The notes beneath the pieces were generated by a model. That model saw only the letters and a list, made by a program, of their open reading frames with translations. It did not search any database and had not been told where the DNA came from. Made by a program: the position numbers and the translations under genes. This document shows, piece by piece, positions 18,201 through 27,295 of a stretch of 64,000 bases of DNA (the first letter of the stretch is position 1; every line of letters starts with the position of its first letter). The stretch comes from Planctomycetota bacterium (lineage in GTDB: Bacteria > Planctomycetota > SZUA-567), in assembly GCA_963675945.1 (NCBI GenBank), contig OY780932.1, positions 1,640,503 through 1,704,502 on the forward strand, given 5' to 3'.

Positions 18201-18642
18201 TGAGGCTTATCTCAAAGAGCATCAGGATGACTTTGTTGTTTATAAGTTGCGTCACAATGAAACGCTCAACTTGAAGGATGTTGAGCATCTGGAGGATCTT
18301 CTGTGGAATGAGCTTGGGAGTGAGAATGATTACAAAACAGAGTATGGTGAGCAGCCCTTGCTTGAATTAGCTGCCAAACTTGTCGGCTTAGACCGTAATA
18401 CAGCGCAGGGTTTGTTCTCTGAATTTTTGTCTGATAATTCTCTCAATAGCAATCAGATTAATTTTGTCTCTCAGATTGTTGATTATATTGAGGATAATGG
18501 TGTGATTGATAAAAAGGTATTGCATGATCATCCGTTCAATCAGCAGGGGAGTATTGCTGAGCTGTTTGAGAATAAATTGCATGTTGTGACTAGTATAGCG
18601 AAAATTCTTGATGCTGTTAATGAGCGGGTTAGAGTGGGGTAA
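15298..18642 (+). CDS. hsdR: Type I restriction-modification endonuclease/helicase subunit HsdR
   Basis: 1114 aa. HsdR N-terminal region, PD-(D/E)xK nuclease motif FVDYVLY...VVEAKR, SF2 helicase Walker A MATGAGKTRTA and DExH box IIIDESHR. Confidence 0.9.
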   Translation: MSNFGFLDKHSMFRTITPLCKEAESALGVSNAIAALSARRALESAVKWMYSHDSTLEVPYQDNLSALIHDYKFKDLIDERLFPRIKFIITLGNKAAHQSMPMRRDESVKALENLFHFMRWITYAYGGENCAVKFEVGKLAGSAEYERKTKAIQDEFREKKVEWEAEKKKLEELLLSKEEREEVTQKREENEQKADFACEDISEFKTRKVYIDLALEMAGWEIGADCREEVEVSGMKNASGVGFVDYVLYAADGKPLAVVEAKRAAKDPKIGKVQAKLYADCLEEEYGVRPLIYYTNGFEYWLWEDAFYPERRVSGIATRDSLDWYRQRVKTRKDISAVKVNDEISNRPYQKAAIQAVCENLSKAQRKSLLVMATGAGKTRTAISIVDVLTKNNWIKNVLFLADRRELVKQAKQNFSKLLPHHTICNLLEKKTEDNSLNSRIIFSTYPTIMNAIDVTKKDDGSTLFTVGHFDLIIIDESHRSIYKKYQDIFAYFDSYLLGLTATPKSDIGKNTYGFYDIENGVPTHAYTLDEAIRDEWLVPYRVVNTTLKFLTSGVKYDELSDEEQEEWEDKIGEEIDSISSNEVNRILFNDNTVDTVIQALMNDGIKIEGGDKIGKTIIFAANTKHAEYILGRFNKLYPHYAGKFAATIYNGVNYVDSLIDDFKEEDKFPQIAVSVDMLDTGIDVPSIVNLVFFKKVRSKAKFHQMIGRGTRLCEDLFGIGEDKDGFRIFDYCSNFEFFKENTQGIETRPQRSLSECLFIIKTEIAKLLEHATYQEKEYINHRKELVTGLAKEVYMLDDSSLINRLHLKYIHEYRDVNAWQSISDKMLADIKEHIAQIVIPSTEDELKKRFDYLMYAIEHACLDRKQPAPKNRRKLQTTAEKLEEKGNLPQVQRNLEIIEYVQSEEYWENASVFDHERVRIALRELVVLLERENAATYFTNFMDEVLEVQEIEGVYTTDEFVSYRRKVEAYLKEHQDDFVVYKLRHNETLNLKDVEHLEDLLWNELGSENDYKTEYGEQPLLELAAKLVGLDRNTAQGLFSEFLSDNSLNSNQINFVSQIVDYIEDNGVIDKKVLHDHPFNQQGSIAELFENKLHVVTSIAKILDAVNERVRVG

Positions 18643-18714
18643 GCTACTCAATGAAGGTAGATTATGAGTAAGAAATATAAGAAGAAGATTACGTTGTTTA
18701 ATGTGTTGTCTGTG

Positions 18715-18728
18715 TTGGTGTCAGTGAG
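18715..18728. repeat. right copy of the 14-bp direct repeat TTGGTGTCAGTGAG (attR-like junction), followed by a repeat-unit remnant (18729..18768) homologous to the 8290..8330 and 8413..8453 units
   Basis: Sequence identity to 8526..8539, and continuation of the interrupted repeat unit (taagggtctctcgtttgtcctgagatgcttttgcaggc). Confidence 0.6.
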
Positions 18729-20277
18729 TAAGGGTCTCTCGTTTGTCCTGAGATGCTTTTGCAGGCTGGGACTTACGGGGAGTTTTTTGGAAGGGCTTAC
18801 TGCCGATAAAAATACGGCACAGAAGAGTAATTCCAGAAGCGGCAAGACAGATTACGGCAATGCCGCAGAGCATGTTTTTGATTCCCAGCCAGTGCATAAC
18901 CATCGGCAGAAAAAATACACCTGAAACAGCGCCGATCTTGGAACAGAAAGCGGCCAGCCCGTGGATTGTACCGCGCATTTCAGTCGGGAATATTTCCACC
19001 GGCAGCATGAAGGTGGTTGAGTTCGGTCCGGCGTTCATCAGTAAGTTGAAAATTATAAATCCGGAGAAGATAACCCACATTGCTGCCTGTGGCTTTCCGT
19101 CAGCTCCTAGAGCGTTGGAGAGGATAATTAGCCCTAGCGCCATTCCGATAAAACCAATAACTTGCAGACGGATTCGACCGACTCTTTCTACCAGAAGAAT
19201 ATTTAAGATAAATCCGCCCAGCAGGAAAAGATCGACAAAAGCAGAGCCTTCGGTTGAGAGCATTACATTGCTGAAGATGTTGTAGTGGCCTGAATGCGCG
19301 CCTTTGGATACGATATCGGTAATGATAAGCGGGGTGAATATGCCGATGCCGTAAGTTGCCACATCCATCAGGAACCAGGGAATGGTTACCAGAATTGTCC
19401 GCCAGATATATTTTGGGGTTAATAGTTCATGGTAGCACTGCCCATGTTTATTTATCAGGGTTTCCTGATATTCTTGCTCTTCTATAAGTATGCGTTCGAT
19501 GACTTTCATCTTGTAAGGCACATATTTGCGGATAATTTTGGCTGCGTCATGTACTCTTCCTTGCAGTAGGAGCCAACGCGGACTTTCTGGCACATATGAG
19601 CGTAGAAAGAGGACGATAACCGCGGGCAGAGCTAGAAAAGTCAGATATAGTCTCCAGGAAAAAATCTGATCCGGCAGCATCAGCATTATGCCGATGCCGC
19701 TCAGAGCTGCAAAGATCATCCCCACCGACTGGAAGGAGAAAGCCGCGATTAGCAGCCGCCCGCGCAGGTGAGAAGGCATTAATTCTGTGACGTAGGAAGC
19801 GGCGATGGGGTAATCCGAGCCTGCGGCGTAACCGACTATGAATTGGCAGACTGAGAGCATGTAGACATCACTGGAGAGTCCGCTGAGCAAAGCTCCTACA
19901 ACTGCTATAAGCATATTGAAGGTGAAGAAAAACCTGCGTCCGAAAATATCAGCAAGCCTGCCGGAAATTAGCGAACCGATAGCGGCGCCGAGGAGGGTCG
20001 AAACACCGGACAAGCCAAGCTGCCAGTATACCAATTCGAAATTATTCTTGATAAGCGGAAGGGCTACACCTATGGAAAAAATGCAGTATCCTTCAAGAAA
20101 TATCCCCATCGCCGCGAGAATCCAGACATAAAGATGAAGTTTGGAAAATTTTGCTTCGTCAAGCATTTCATTGAGGTTGGTTGCCACCTGATTTTTATTT
20201 GTCATTTTATGTCCTGTAAATTTTGTTGTTGCCTTGCCCGTGTAATGAGGCTTGGATTTTAATGTGATGTGTAACAT
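18721..20277 (-). CDS. MFS transporter (sugar/metabolite:H+ symporter-like)
   Basis: 518 aa with 12 predicted TM helices and a sugar-porter-like GRR/PESPRWL motif. The last 16 codons are encoded by the repeat/att region. Confidence 0.75.
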   Translation of the reverse strand: MLHITLKSKPHYTGKATTKFTGHKMTNKNQVATNLNEMLDEAKFSKLHLYVWILAAMGIFLEGYCIFSIGVALPLIKNNFELVYWQLGLSGVSTLLGAAIGSLISGRLADIFGRRFFFTFNMLIAVVGALLSGLSSDVYMLSVCQFIVGYAAGSDYPIAASYVTELMPSHLRGRLLIAAFSFQSVGMIFAALSGIGIMLMLPDQIFSWRLYLTFLALPAVIVLFLRSYVPESPRWLLLQGRVHDAAKIIRKYVPYKMKVIERILIEEQEYQETLINKHGQCYHELLTPKYIWRTILVTIPWFLMDVATYGIGIFTPLIITDIVSKGAHSGHYNIFSNVMLSTEGSAFVDLFLLGGFILNILLVERVGRIRLQVIGFIGMALGLIILSNALGADGKPQAAMWVIFSGFIIFNLLMNAGPNSTTFMLPVEIFPTEMRGTIHGLAAFCSKIGAVSGVFFLPMVMHWLGIKNMLCGIAVICLAASGITLLCRIFIGSKPFQKTPRKSQPAKASQDKRETLTH

Positions 20278-21007
20278 TTACAATTTTCATGAAGCTTGTT
20301 TGTATACCTCAAGCGGGCTTTTTTAATCCACGTCTCTTTCGTGGTCGACTGCCAACCTTCTTTGCTATTGCTTTCACCGATTCGTCAAGCTTATTTGCTC
20401 TGGGTTTGACCCTCCTTATCATGGCTTTTCTTTGGGCTTGCTTATTTCTATTGTTCACGCTGCTGCGGTTATGCCGTCTTTTACTGCTGATTGTACTTTT
20501 ATGTACCCTGAGAATTATGGTAATAAATATGAATCACTTTTTCCTCTTACAATATGACTTTGATAACTGAACGAGCTTAATAAGTAAGGTAATGATATTT
20601 CTGCCCTATGCGCTTTCCTTGAGTAGAATATGATAGTATACTTTTGGCGTAATATTTAACTGAGACCTTACTCTTTCTTCTTTTACTCGGGTATTGTCGT
20701 TGAAATCTGAATTTACAAGATTAAAGAATATCAGTTATTTGTTTGTATGGAAAGTTTGAAAAATGTTAGGATAAAGATTGTTTATGTGCAGCTTGCAGTG
20801 ATATGAGTTTGGTGGCAATTGATTTATGGTTTTGAGTAGCAGGTTGATAGCATTCTCTTTGGTTGGGGTTGCCTCTGGAATGATAAGAGCGTTAAGAAGT
20901 GCGGAATCTGAATTTTTTATTGTTGTATGTAATATCATGCCTTCAGAATGCGGTTATTCACTCTGAAGGCAGAATTGAATGCAGATTGCTTCTCATTATA
21001 AAGATAG

Positions 21008-21667
21008 TTATAACGGCTCGTAGCGGCGCATTATATCCCCGGTGATATCGATGATCTCGCCCTCTAAAAACGGCGGCGCCCCCTCTTCTGGGGCTGAGGC
21101 TTGGGGGTGGCGCAGCATCCATTTATTTGCTGAAACCAGGAGCTTATCCTCGCCGTACCCAGGCTGTGCCGGGGCAAGCTTGCCGCAGGTTCCCTGTAGC
21201 AGCGCTACGGCAACGCGGAAGCCCTTGCCCAACCTGCCGTCACACGGTGCATAATGCAGCGTATAGGGCAGGATCTCCAACATGGTGCCGGCAGGTACCA
21301 GGAATGCTTCTAAATGTTTGGTGTCGTATCTCTGACCGGTCATATCTGCGGTAGATCCTAAAATAAACACCGTAGCGCTTGCGGTTATGCAGAGTTCACT
21401 GCACTTGTGATATTCAACTGCATCCAGGGTTGTATTCGTCCCGTTACAGTAACCTAGCTGGATAGGCAGACCGCCGAAGAAACGCTGCCTGAGTTCGGGG
21501 AAGATACTCTGGCTCTCCAGCTCTGGCGCTGCCGCGACATAATTGAAACCGGTATTGGGGAGGGCGGTCACGGCTGTATAGTGCTCGACAAAGCCGGTGA
21601 CATCATACCCTTCTATTATCCGGGCGTACCGGGTAAAACTGCTGTCTTGAACAGATTTTAGCTCCAA
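21008..21667 (-). CDS. cupin-like protein related to the ureidoglycolate-lyase (AllA) / DUF4867 group, function unknown
   Basis: N-terminal pattern LKSVQDSSFTRYARIIEG resembles the AllA-like xLxxxxLSxExFxxYGxxIE start; last gene of the TRAP operon. Confidence 0.35.
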   Translation of the reverse strand: MELKSVQDSSFTRYARIIEGYDVTGFVEHYTAVTALPNTGFNYVAAAPELESQSIFPELRQRFFGGLPIQLGYCNGTNTTLDAVEYHKCSELCITASATVFILGSTADMTGQRYDTKHLEAFLVPAGTMLEILPYTLHYAPCDGRLGKGFRVAVALLQGTCGKLAPAQPGYGEDKLLVSANKWMLRHPQASAPEEGAPPFLEGEIIDITGDIMRRYEPL

Positions 21668-21703
21668 CGTCTACTCCTTTTTTAATAATCTATGATTCAC
21701 GGT

Positions 21704-22996
21704 CTATACCTCTATTCCGAACAAGCGGGGGAGCCAGAGAGTAAGCTCAGGGATAAAACCTGTAGCCAGAACAATCAAGAGGTTGAAGGCCAGGAACGGC
21801 AAGACCTCCTTACTGACTTTGAAGAGATCCACCTTTGCTAGATCGGTTATGGCAAAGAGAATATTCCCCACTGGTGGCGTGCAGAGGCCGATATTGGTAT
21901 TGATGATCAGCATGATTCCGAACTGAATTTCATTGAGCCCCATCTTGGCGGCAATCGGCCAGAGAATGGGGGCGAATAGAATGATCGATACTCCGGGATC
22001 CATCCAGGTGCCCATAAACAGGAAGAAGGCATTTACCAGCAGAACCAGGAGTATCTTACTGGTGGTGATGGAGAGGAAGAAGTTCTCGGCGACCTTCGGC
22101 ACCTGCTCTGCTCCGAAGACCCAGGTGATTACCGAGGCTCCGGCAATAATAAGATATAGTTTCGCCGAACTACGTGCTGCGCCCTTTAGCGATGCCAGCA
22201 GATCCTTCCACTTCAGCGAGCGATAAACGATAAAGCCGATAATCAGCGAATAGAATACCGAGACGGCTGCGGCCTCAGTCGGGGTGAACATCCCGGAGAG
22301 GATACCTGCAATAATTATCACCGGCATCAGCATTGCGAGGAAAGCATCCTTCAGGCTGAACATGAATTCTTTCGGCGTGGTTTTGACTACGACTTTCGGG
22401 TACTTGCGGTACGAGGAGATTGCTGCAACGACACCCATATCGGCGACGCCGATCAGCAGTCCTGGAATAATCGCTCCGAGGAACATTCCGCCTACTGAGA
22501 CCTTCATAACCGCTGCATACAGGACGATTACCGTGCTGGGAGGGATAATCGGGCCGACCAGCGACGAGGCTGCAGTCACCCCGGCGCTGAACTCCTTGTC
22601 ATAACCCTGCTTCTCCATCGAGGGGATAAAGATGGTGCCAAGTGCCGCAATATCACCTAAAGCTACCCCAGTTATCCCGGCAAACAGGATACTTGCCAGT
22701 ACATTTACCTGAGCCAAGCCGCCGCGTACCCGGCCAATAACGATATTGGAGAACTGAATAAGCCTGTCTGAGATTCCGGCTCGGTTCATGATATCGCCTG
22801 CCAGCATGAAGAAGGGGATAGCGGTTAGGACAAAGACATTTATCCCTCCAAATACCTTTTCCGGCATCATCATCAGGTTCATGAAGTCCCCGGAAAAGAG
22901 CAGATACAGAAAGCCGCTTATCAACATCGAGAAACCAACCGGCATCCCTAAGAATAAGAAGGCTAGAAACACCAGCAAAAAGACACCTAAGGTCAT
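21704..22996 (-). CDS. dctM: TRAP transporter large permease subunit (DctM family)
   Basis: 430 aa, about 12 TM helices, DctM-type sequence. Confidence 0.85.
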   Translation of the reverse strand: MTLGVFLLVFLAFLFLGMPVGFSMLISGFLYLLFSGDFMNLMMMPEKVFGGINVFVLTAIPFFMLAGDIMNRAGISDRLIQFSNIVIGRVRGGLAQVNVLASILFAGITGVALGDIAALGTIFIPSMEKQGYDKEFSAGVTAASSLVGPIIPPSTVIVLYAAVMKVSVGGMFLGAIIPGLLIGVADMGVVAAISSYRKYPKVVVKTTPKEFMFSLKDAFLAMLMPVIIIAGILSGMFTPTEAAAVSVFYSLIIGFIVYRSLKWKDLLASLKGAARSSAKLYLIIAGASVITWVFGAEQVPKVAENFFLSITTSKILLVLLVNAFFLFMGTWMDPGVSIILFAPILWPIAAKMGLNEIQFGIMLIINTNIGLCTPPVGNILFAITDLAKVDLFKVSKEVLPFLAFNLLIVLATGFIPELTLWLPRLFGIEV

Positions 22997-22998
22997 GC

Positions 22999-23538
22999 TT
23001 ACTCCTTTACCTGCAAGTCAAGATCTTTGTTGCCATACCTGTCCGGGTGCTTTAAATCTTGCAGAAAATTTCTAATCAAAAATATACTCATAATAATCCC
23101 GCTCAACGGTATGGCAAAATACGGCCACATCATGGAGATGCCGAGTCCGCTGGACCACATATACTCCATAAACAATGCAGTGTCAAACCCTACAAAAATC
23201 CAGATCAACATCGTCGCAAAGATACAGATATCAAAGAACAACCGCAGCACATAGCGCAGTAAACGGGGCAGGTGATCAAAAAAATAGTTTACTGTTATAT
23301 GCTCTCGCTCATAGGTTACGGTTGCAGCGGTAAGTAGAGCCATATATACAATCAGATAGCGGGTCAACTCTTCTGCCCAGGGAAAAGAGTATTTGAACAG
23401 ATATCGAGAGAAAACCAGCGCCGTCATCACTATTACCGAGATAAATAGCAGAATAGCCGAGAGCAGAACCAGTTTGTCTGACAGTCTGCTTAAAAATGAG
23501 CCGATAGACGTTAAAAGCCCTGAGGATGATGATTTCAC
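22999..23538 (-). CDS. dctQ: TRAP transporter small permease subunit (DctQ family)
   Basis: 179 aa, 4 TM helices, sits directly between dctP and dctM. Confidence 0.75.
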   Translation of the reverse strand: MKSSSSGLLTSIGSFLSRLSDKLVLLSAILLFISVIVMTALVFSRYLFKYSFPWAEELTRYLIVYMALLTAATVTYEREHITVNYFFDHLPRLLRYVLRLFFDICIFATMLIWIFVGFDTALFMEYMWSSGLGISMMWPYFAIPLSGIIMSIFLIRNFLQDLKHPDRYGNKDLDLQVKE

Positions 23539-23678
23539 TTATTATCCTTTCACGATAACAAATATCGAAATATATGCAAAACAGCTGTTGCTGATAGTTC
23601 TGGAAGCATCTGTACAAGCTCAGAATGAGCGTTACGAAAATGCTCCCAGCATCAATGTGGCGCAATGTGCTCTGCTAT

Positions 23679-24707
23679 TTATTCATAACCCAGTTTCTTC
23701 TCAACTTCGGTGACCTCTTTGAGTACAGCGTCAACCCATTTTGAACCGATATTGGAGTTGTCCCGGAGGTATTTGATAGCCGAAGGTTGGGTCGCTTCAC
23801 GGAAAGCATTCTTCTCGGCAATAGTAGGTTTGTAGACCTGTACCCCACACTCTTTTAATTTTTTAAGAGCGTTATATTCACCGACCACCGATACGCCGCG
23901 ATCTACTACGGTAGCCACCTCAACCGCATTGAGCACTACCGCCTGCAGCTCACGGGGCAAGGTGTTGAACCACTTTTCATTGAACACGAGTACGAGTGTA
24001 GCGTAAACATGACCATCCAGCACCATAAACTTCTGGACTTCCTCCAGCTTGGGAATGAGGAAGGTGGATACGGAATTCTCCTGTCCGTCAACTACACCGG
24101 TCTGCAGCGAGGTATAGAGTTCGCTCCAGGATATAGGGGTGGGGGAGGCACCGAGATCTTCCACAATCTGCATATGCAGCGGCACGTTCATGGTTCTGAT
24201 CTTCAGACCGGACATATCCGCAGGGGAGTGTATCTCCTTTTGATTATTGGAGAAATGCCGGAAACCGCCGCTCTCCGCCCATTTGAAAACGCGTAGACCG
24301 GTCTTCTGTGCCATATCGTCTGAGAGTTCCTTACCGATTGGACCGTCAAGAACAGTCCAGGCGACAGTACGGTCAGCAAAGAGGTATGGAATCGACAATA
24401 CCTGCAGTGGCTGATAAATTGATCCGACCACGCCGTCATTCTGGAGTGATACCTGAAGAATGCCGCGTCGGGTCTGGGTCAGCATCGATTCGCCGTTTCC
24501 CAACTGGCGGTTGGGATAATATTCAACCTTGATTCTGCCGTTGGAGTTTGCTTCGACCTCTCGGATAAATGTCTCCACCATCGCTCCGCCGTGATGCCCC
24601 CAGTTTCCCGCAGGGTCTTCAGTGCCGACCTTCATCAAGTAATCGGCAGCAAAACTCGGCACACAGCAAATACACATCAGCACAACTAGCATTGCAAATA
24701 TTCTCAT
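23679..24707 (-). CDS. dctP: TRAP transporter substrate-binding protein (DctP family)
   Basis: Signal peptide followed by a DctP-family periplasmic binding fold. Confidence 0.8.
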   Translation of the reverse strand: MRIFAMLVVLMCICCVPSFAADYLMKVGTEDPAGNWGHHGGAMVETFIREVEANSNGRIKVEYYPNRQLGNGESMLTQTRRGILQVSLQNDGVVGSIYQPLQVLSIPYLFADRTVAWTVLDGPIGKELSDDMAQKTGLRVFKWAESGGFRHFSNNQKEIHSPADMSGLKIRTMNVPLHMQIVEDLGASPTPISWSELYTSLQTGVVDGQENSVSTFLIPKLEEVQKFMVLDGHVYATLVLVFNEKWFNTLPRELQAVVLNAVEVATVVDRGVSVVGEYNALKKLKECGVQVYKPTIAEKNAFREATQPSAIKYLRDNSNIGSKWVDAVLKEVTEVEKKLGYE

Positions 24708-24892
24708 TTTTTCTCCTAATTTAAATAAGTTTCCATAATAAATTGATTCTATCTATTTGTCTGCAATCACAAACATGACACTCTGCCCGCATAAAGTACT
24801 CGGATATAATTTGTAACAGCTTCAATCCTGTTGCGGCAGCTTAATACCAGGTTTACCCCTAGCGTCTGGTACGCACTGCTGAGCGCTGACTC

Positions 24893-26083
24893 TTAGTTTG
24901 TTACCAAAACTTTCCGGCAGTTGGTCAACGCGTATTCTGAGAATTCATTGCCTATACCGGGAAGTTCGGGGACTTTATACTTTCCGTTTACCGGTTGATA
25001 ATCATGAATGCAGAGCCGCTTATTCAATTCGGTCAGGCAAATTTGGTGGTGTTCATGGATAACAAAATTCGGGATTACCGATTCCAGATGCAGCGCAACA
25101 GCGGTTGAGAGCGGGCTGGCGCATACATGCGCCTGGACATTGACGTCGTAGGTATATGCCATATCACAGATCTTCTTGCCTTCGGTAATACCACCGCAGT
25201 TGCCAAGATCCGGCTGAATCACTTGCACCGAGCTGTTCTCAAAATAACTGGCGAACTGCCACCTGCTGTAAATCCTCTCGCCATGGGCAATCGGGATATT
25301 TACCTTGTCAGCAATAAATTTGGCTAGCTTCGGGGTAGGGGTGTTGGGCTCTTCAAAATAGAAGATGCGGTATTTTTCGGCCATCTGTCCTAGCTGCACC
25401 GCTGTCTGGGCATCCAGGAAAGAATGATTTTCCATAATTATGTCAACTTTTCCGCCTACCTTTTCTCGTACTGCAGCAAGACGTTCTTCTACAAGCTCGA
25501 CGGTATCCGGTGCGAGTAGCCTGGTTGTGTGCTCTTCGTTGAGGAGTTTGGAATCACGGTCAAAGGTAAAGAAGTCCAGTTTGATTGCATCATAACCCTG
25601 CGCTACTGCTGCTGCTGCTGCTGCTGCGTAATCCTCCTTTTTGCCCAGATTCAGCTTTTCAGGCCCCCAGCCAAATTGAAGCTGACTGGCGTAGCAACGG
25701 AGATTGTCGCGACGTTTGCCACCCAGCAGTTTATAGATAGGCGCATTGAAGTACTTGCCTTTGATATCCCACAGGGCGATATCTATCGCACTTATCCCAG
25801 AGAAGACGACCGGCCCACCATTCTGTCCCCAGAAACTACGTTTATACATCTTGTCCCAGATAACCTCGTTATCCAAAGGATCCATGCCTATTACCATTGT
25901 GGCCAGATCTTGTATCATACCGAATGCAGCCGGTGCGCCAATACCGTATGCCATCGCCGCTTCACCATCACCGTAGATGCCTTCATCGGTGTAAACTCGG
26001 CAGATTACCGGACGCCAGGTAGGATCCTCTTGGCACTCTACCTGCATTACATCAATTTTTTCAATCTTCATTAATTGCTCCAA
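24893..26083 (-). CDS. enolase-superfamily sugar-acid dehydratase (mandelate racemase/muconate lactonizing enzyme family; D-mannonate/D-galactonate dehydratase-like)
   Basis: KIEKIDVMQV...VICRVYTDEGIYGDGEA capping domain followed by a metal-binding barrel; 396 aa. Confidence 0.75.
   Translation of the reverse strand: MEQLMKIEKIDVMQVECQEDPTWRPVICRVYTDEGIYGDGEAAMAYGIGAPAAFGMIQDLATMVIGMDPLDNEVIWDKMYKRSFWGQNGGPVVFSGISAIDIALWDIKGKYFNAPIYKLLGGKRRDNLRCYASQLQFGWGPEKLNLGKKEDYAAAAAAAVAQGYDAIKLDFFTFDRDSKLLNEEHTTRLLAPDTVELVEERLAAVREKVGGKVDIIMENHSFLDAQTAVQLGQMAEKYRIFYFEEPNTPTPKLAKFIADKVNIPIAHGERIYSRWQFASYFENSSVQVIQPDLGNCGGITEGKKICDMAYTYDVNVQAHVCASPLSTAVALHLESVIPNFVIHEHHQICLTELNKRLCIHDYQPVNGKYKVPELPGIGNEFSEYALTNCRKVLVTN
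25606..25626. repeat. (CTG)7 trinucleotide repeat inside the dehydratase gene (encodes Ala7 on minus strand)
   Basis: Read directly from the sequence; the protein shows DYAAAAAAAVAQ. Confidence 0.9.
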
Positions 26084-26112
26084 TTTGTATAATGTGTGTT
26101 TAGAAAAATTTA

Positions 26113-27285
26113 TTAGTGCTTCATCAGGAAGGTGAAGTCTCCGGGTTCGCCGTACTCAGCAGCAGTTGACAGCTCGCTGATTTTTTCGGCTAGTTTTGAA
26201 ACTTCTGCTTCACCTTGGACAATGCTTATGTTATGTCTGAACTTTATTTCGCTGTACGGGGCAATAGTTGCTACTCGTTTCTGGCTGCGTTCAAAGGCGC
26301 GGCTATTGGGCAGATCGGTACATGGATTCATCCCCGCGACGTAGCCTTCTGCCTCTGCGGCGGTGCGTTTCCACAGTATCGTATAGGGTAAGGTTAGGGG
26401 ATCAAAGGTTATATGCGCCGCCAGATCTTGCGCGGCATTTGTCAGCAGTTGATGCGCCAGACCGTCGGCGTCCGCCTGCGCGCGGTAGAGATACACCTGC
26501 TCAATAAAGCCGGGTGTCGGTTCGCTGAATTTTGAGATTTCGTCGCTAGTGTGCGCCCCGAATTCGTCACGGGGGACGAGCCGGGAGTAACTGCCGTAGT
26601 AATGCGATCCCTTCTCCAGGAATGGCGCGCCGAAATTCGTATGGTAGAGCATCTCATATTCACCTGGCTGCGCTCCCAGATTGCAGAGCGTATCCTCCAG
26701 CTCTATCGCGGTCGAGCCGGGGCGGAGCTGGAGGCTGGTTTTGAGTAGATAATTGACCCCGAAGACATTCTGCTCCGGTACCTCTCCTTCCAGTATCAAC
26801 GTTCCGTCAATACAACGCAGTACGACTCTCGAAGCCGGTGTCCAGCCGATCTTGCCGTGCAGCGGCAGAAAGATGGTGTTACTCTGCCCCTTATTATCAA
26901 TAACCTCATCCTCACCCATGGCTCCCGACCACTCAATGCCGCAACGGTTGAGCATCTCGTTGAACCCGTAATGGCAGCCGCGCCCACCCAGGTCGTATAG
27001 GTCAATGTACTGTGGATGCACAAGCTCTCTTACCGGAGAATTCCAGCCCAGATAGTGTTCACCACAGCTGCCGCTGACGATCCCCATACCGCGAGTGGGG
27101 CAGATGTTGAGGGTAATCTTGCCATTAGATATTTCGATTAGCTCTACACCCTGCTGTCGCCCTCCACTGAGGGTAGTCTTGCGGCAATATGCGTCTGCAC
27201 CTAGTCCTAGAGTCTGTCCGCTGATCAGAAAATCTGATGCGGAGAAGGAGGAGGCGCTATCCGTTATAATCCAATACTGTTCCAT
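26113..27285 (-). CDS. conserved hypothetical protein, possibly galactose-mutarotase-like (DUF4432-type) sugar-acid pathway protein
   Basis: 390 aa ORF inside the sugar-acid operon. The family assignment is from weak overall resemblance only. Confidence 0.3.
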   Translation of the reverse strand: MEQYWIITDSASSFSASDFLISGQTLGLGADAYCRKTTLSGGRQQGVELIEISNGKITLNICPTRGMGIVSGSCGEHYLGWNSPVRELVHPQYIDLYDLGGRGCHYGFNEMLNRCGIEWSGAMGEDEVIDNKGQSNTIFLPLHGKIGWTPASRVVLRCIDGTLILEGEVPEQNVFGVNYLLKTSLQLRPGSTAIELEDTLCNLGAQPGEYEMLYHTNFGAPFLEKGSHYYGSYSRLVPRDEFGAHTSDEISKFSEPTPGFIEQVYLYRAQADADGLAHQLLTNAAQDLAAHITFDPLTLPYTILWKRTAAEAEGYVAGMNPCTDLPNSRAFERSQKRVATIAPYSEIKFRHNISIVQGEAEVSKLAEKISELSTAAEYGEPGDFTFLMKH

Positions 27286-27295
27286 ATTTCTCTCC

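Noticed and set aside
20289-20570. 93-aa plus-strand ORF in the MFS promoter region
   Set aside because: Leu/Phe-rich low-complexity translation of AT-rich intergenic DNA, with no RBS.
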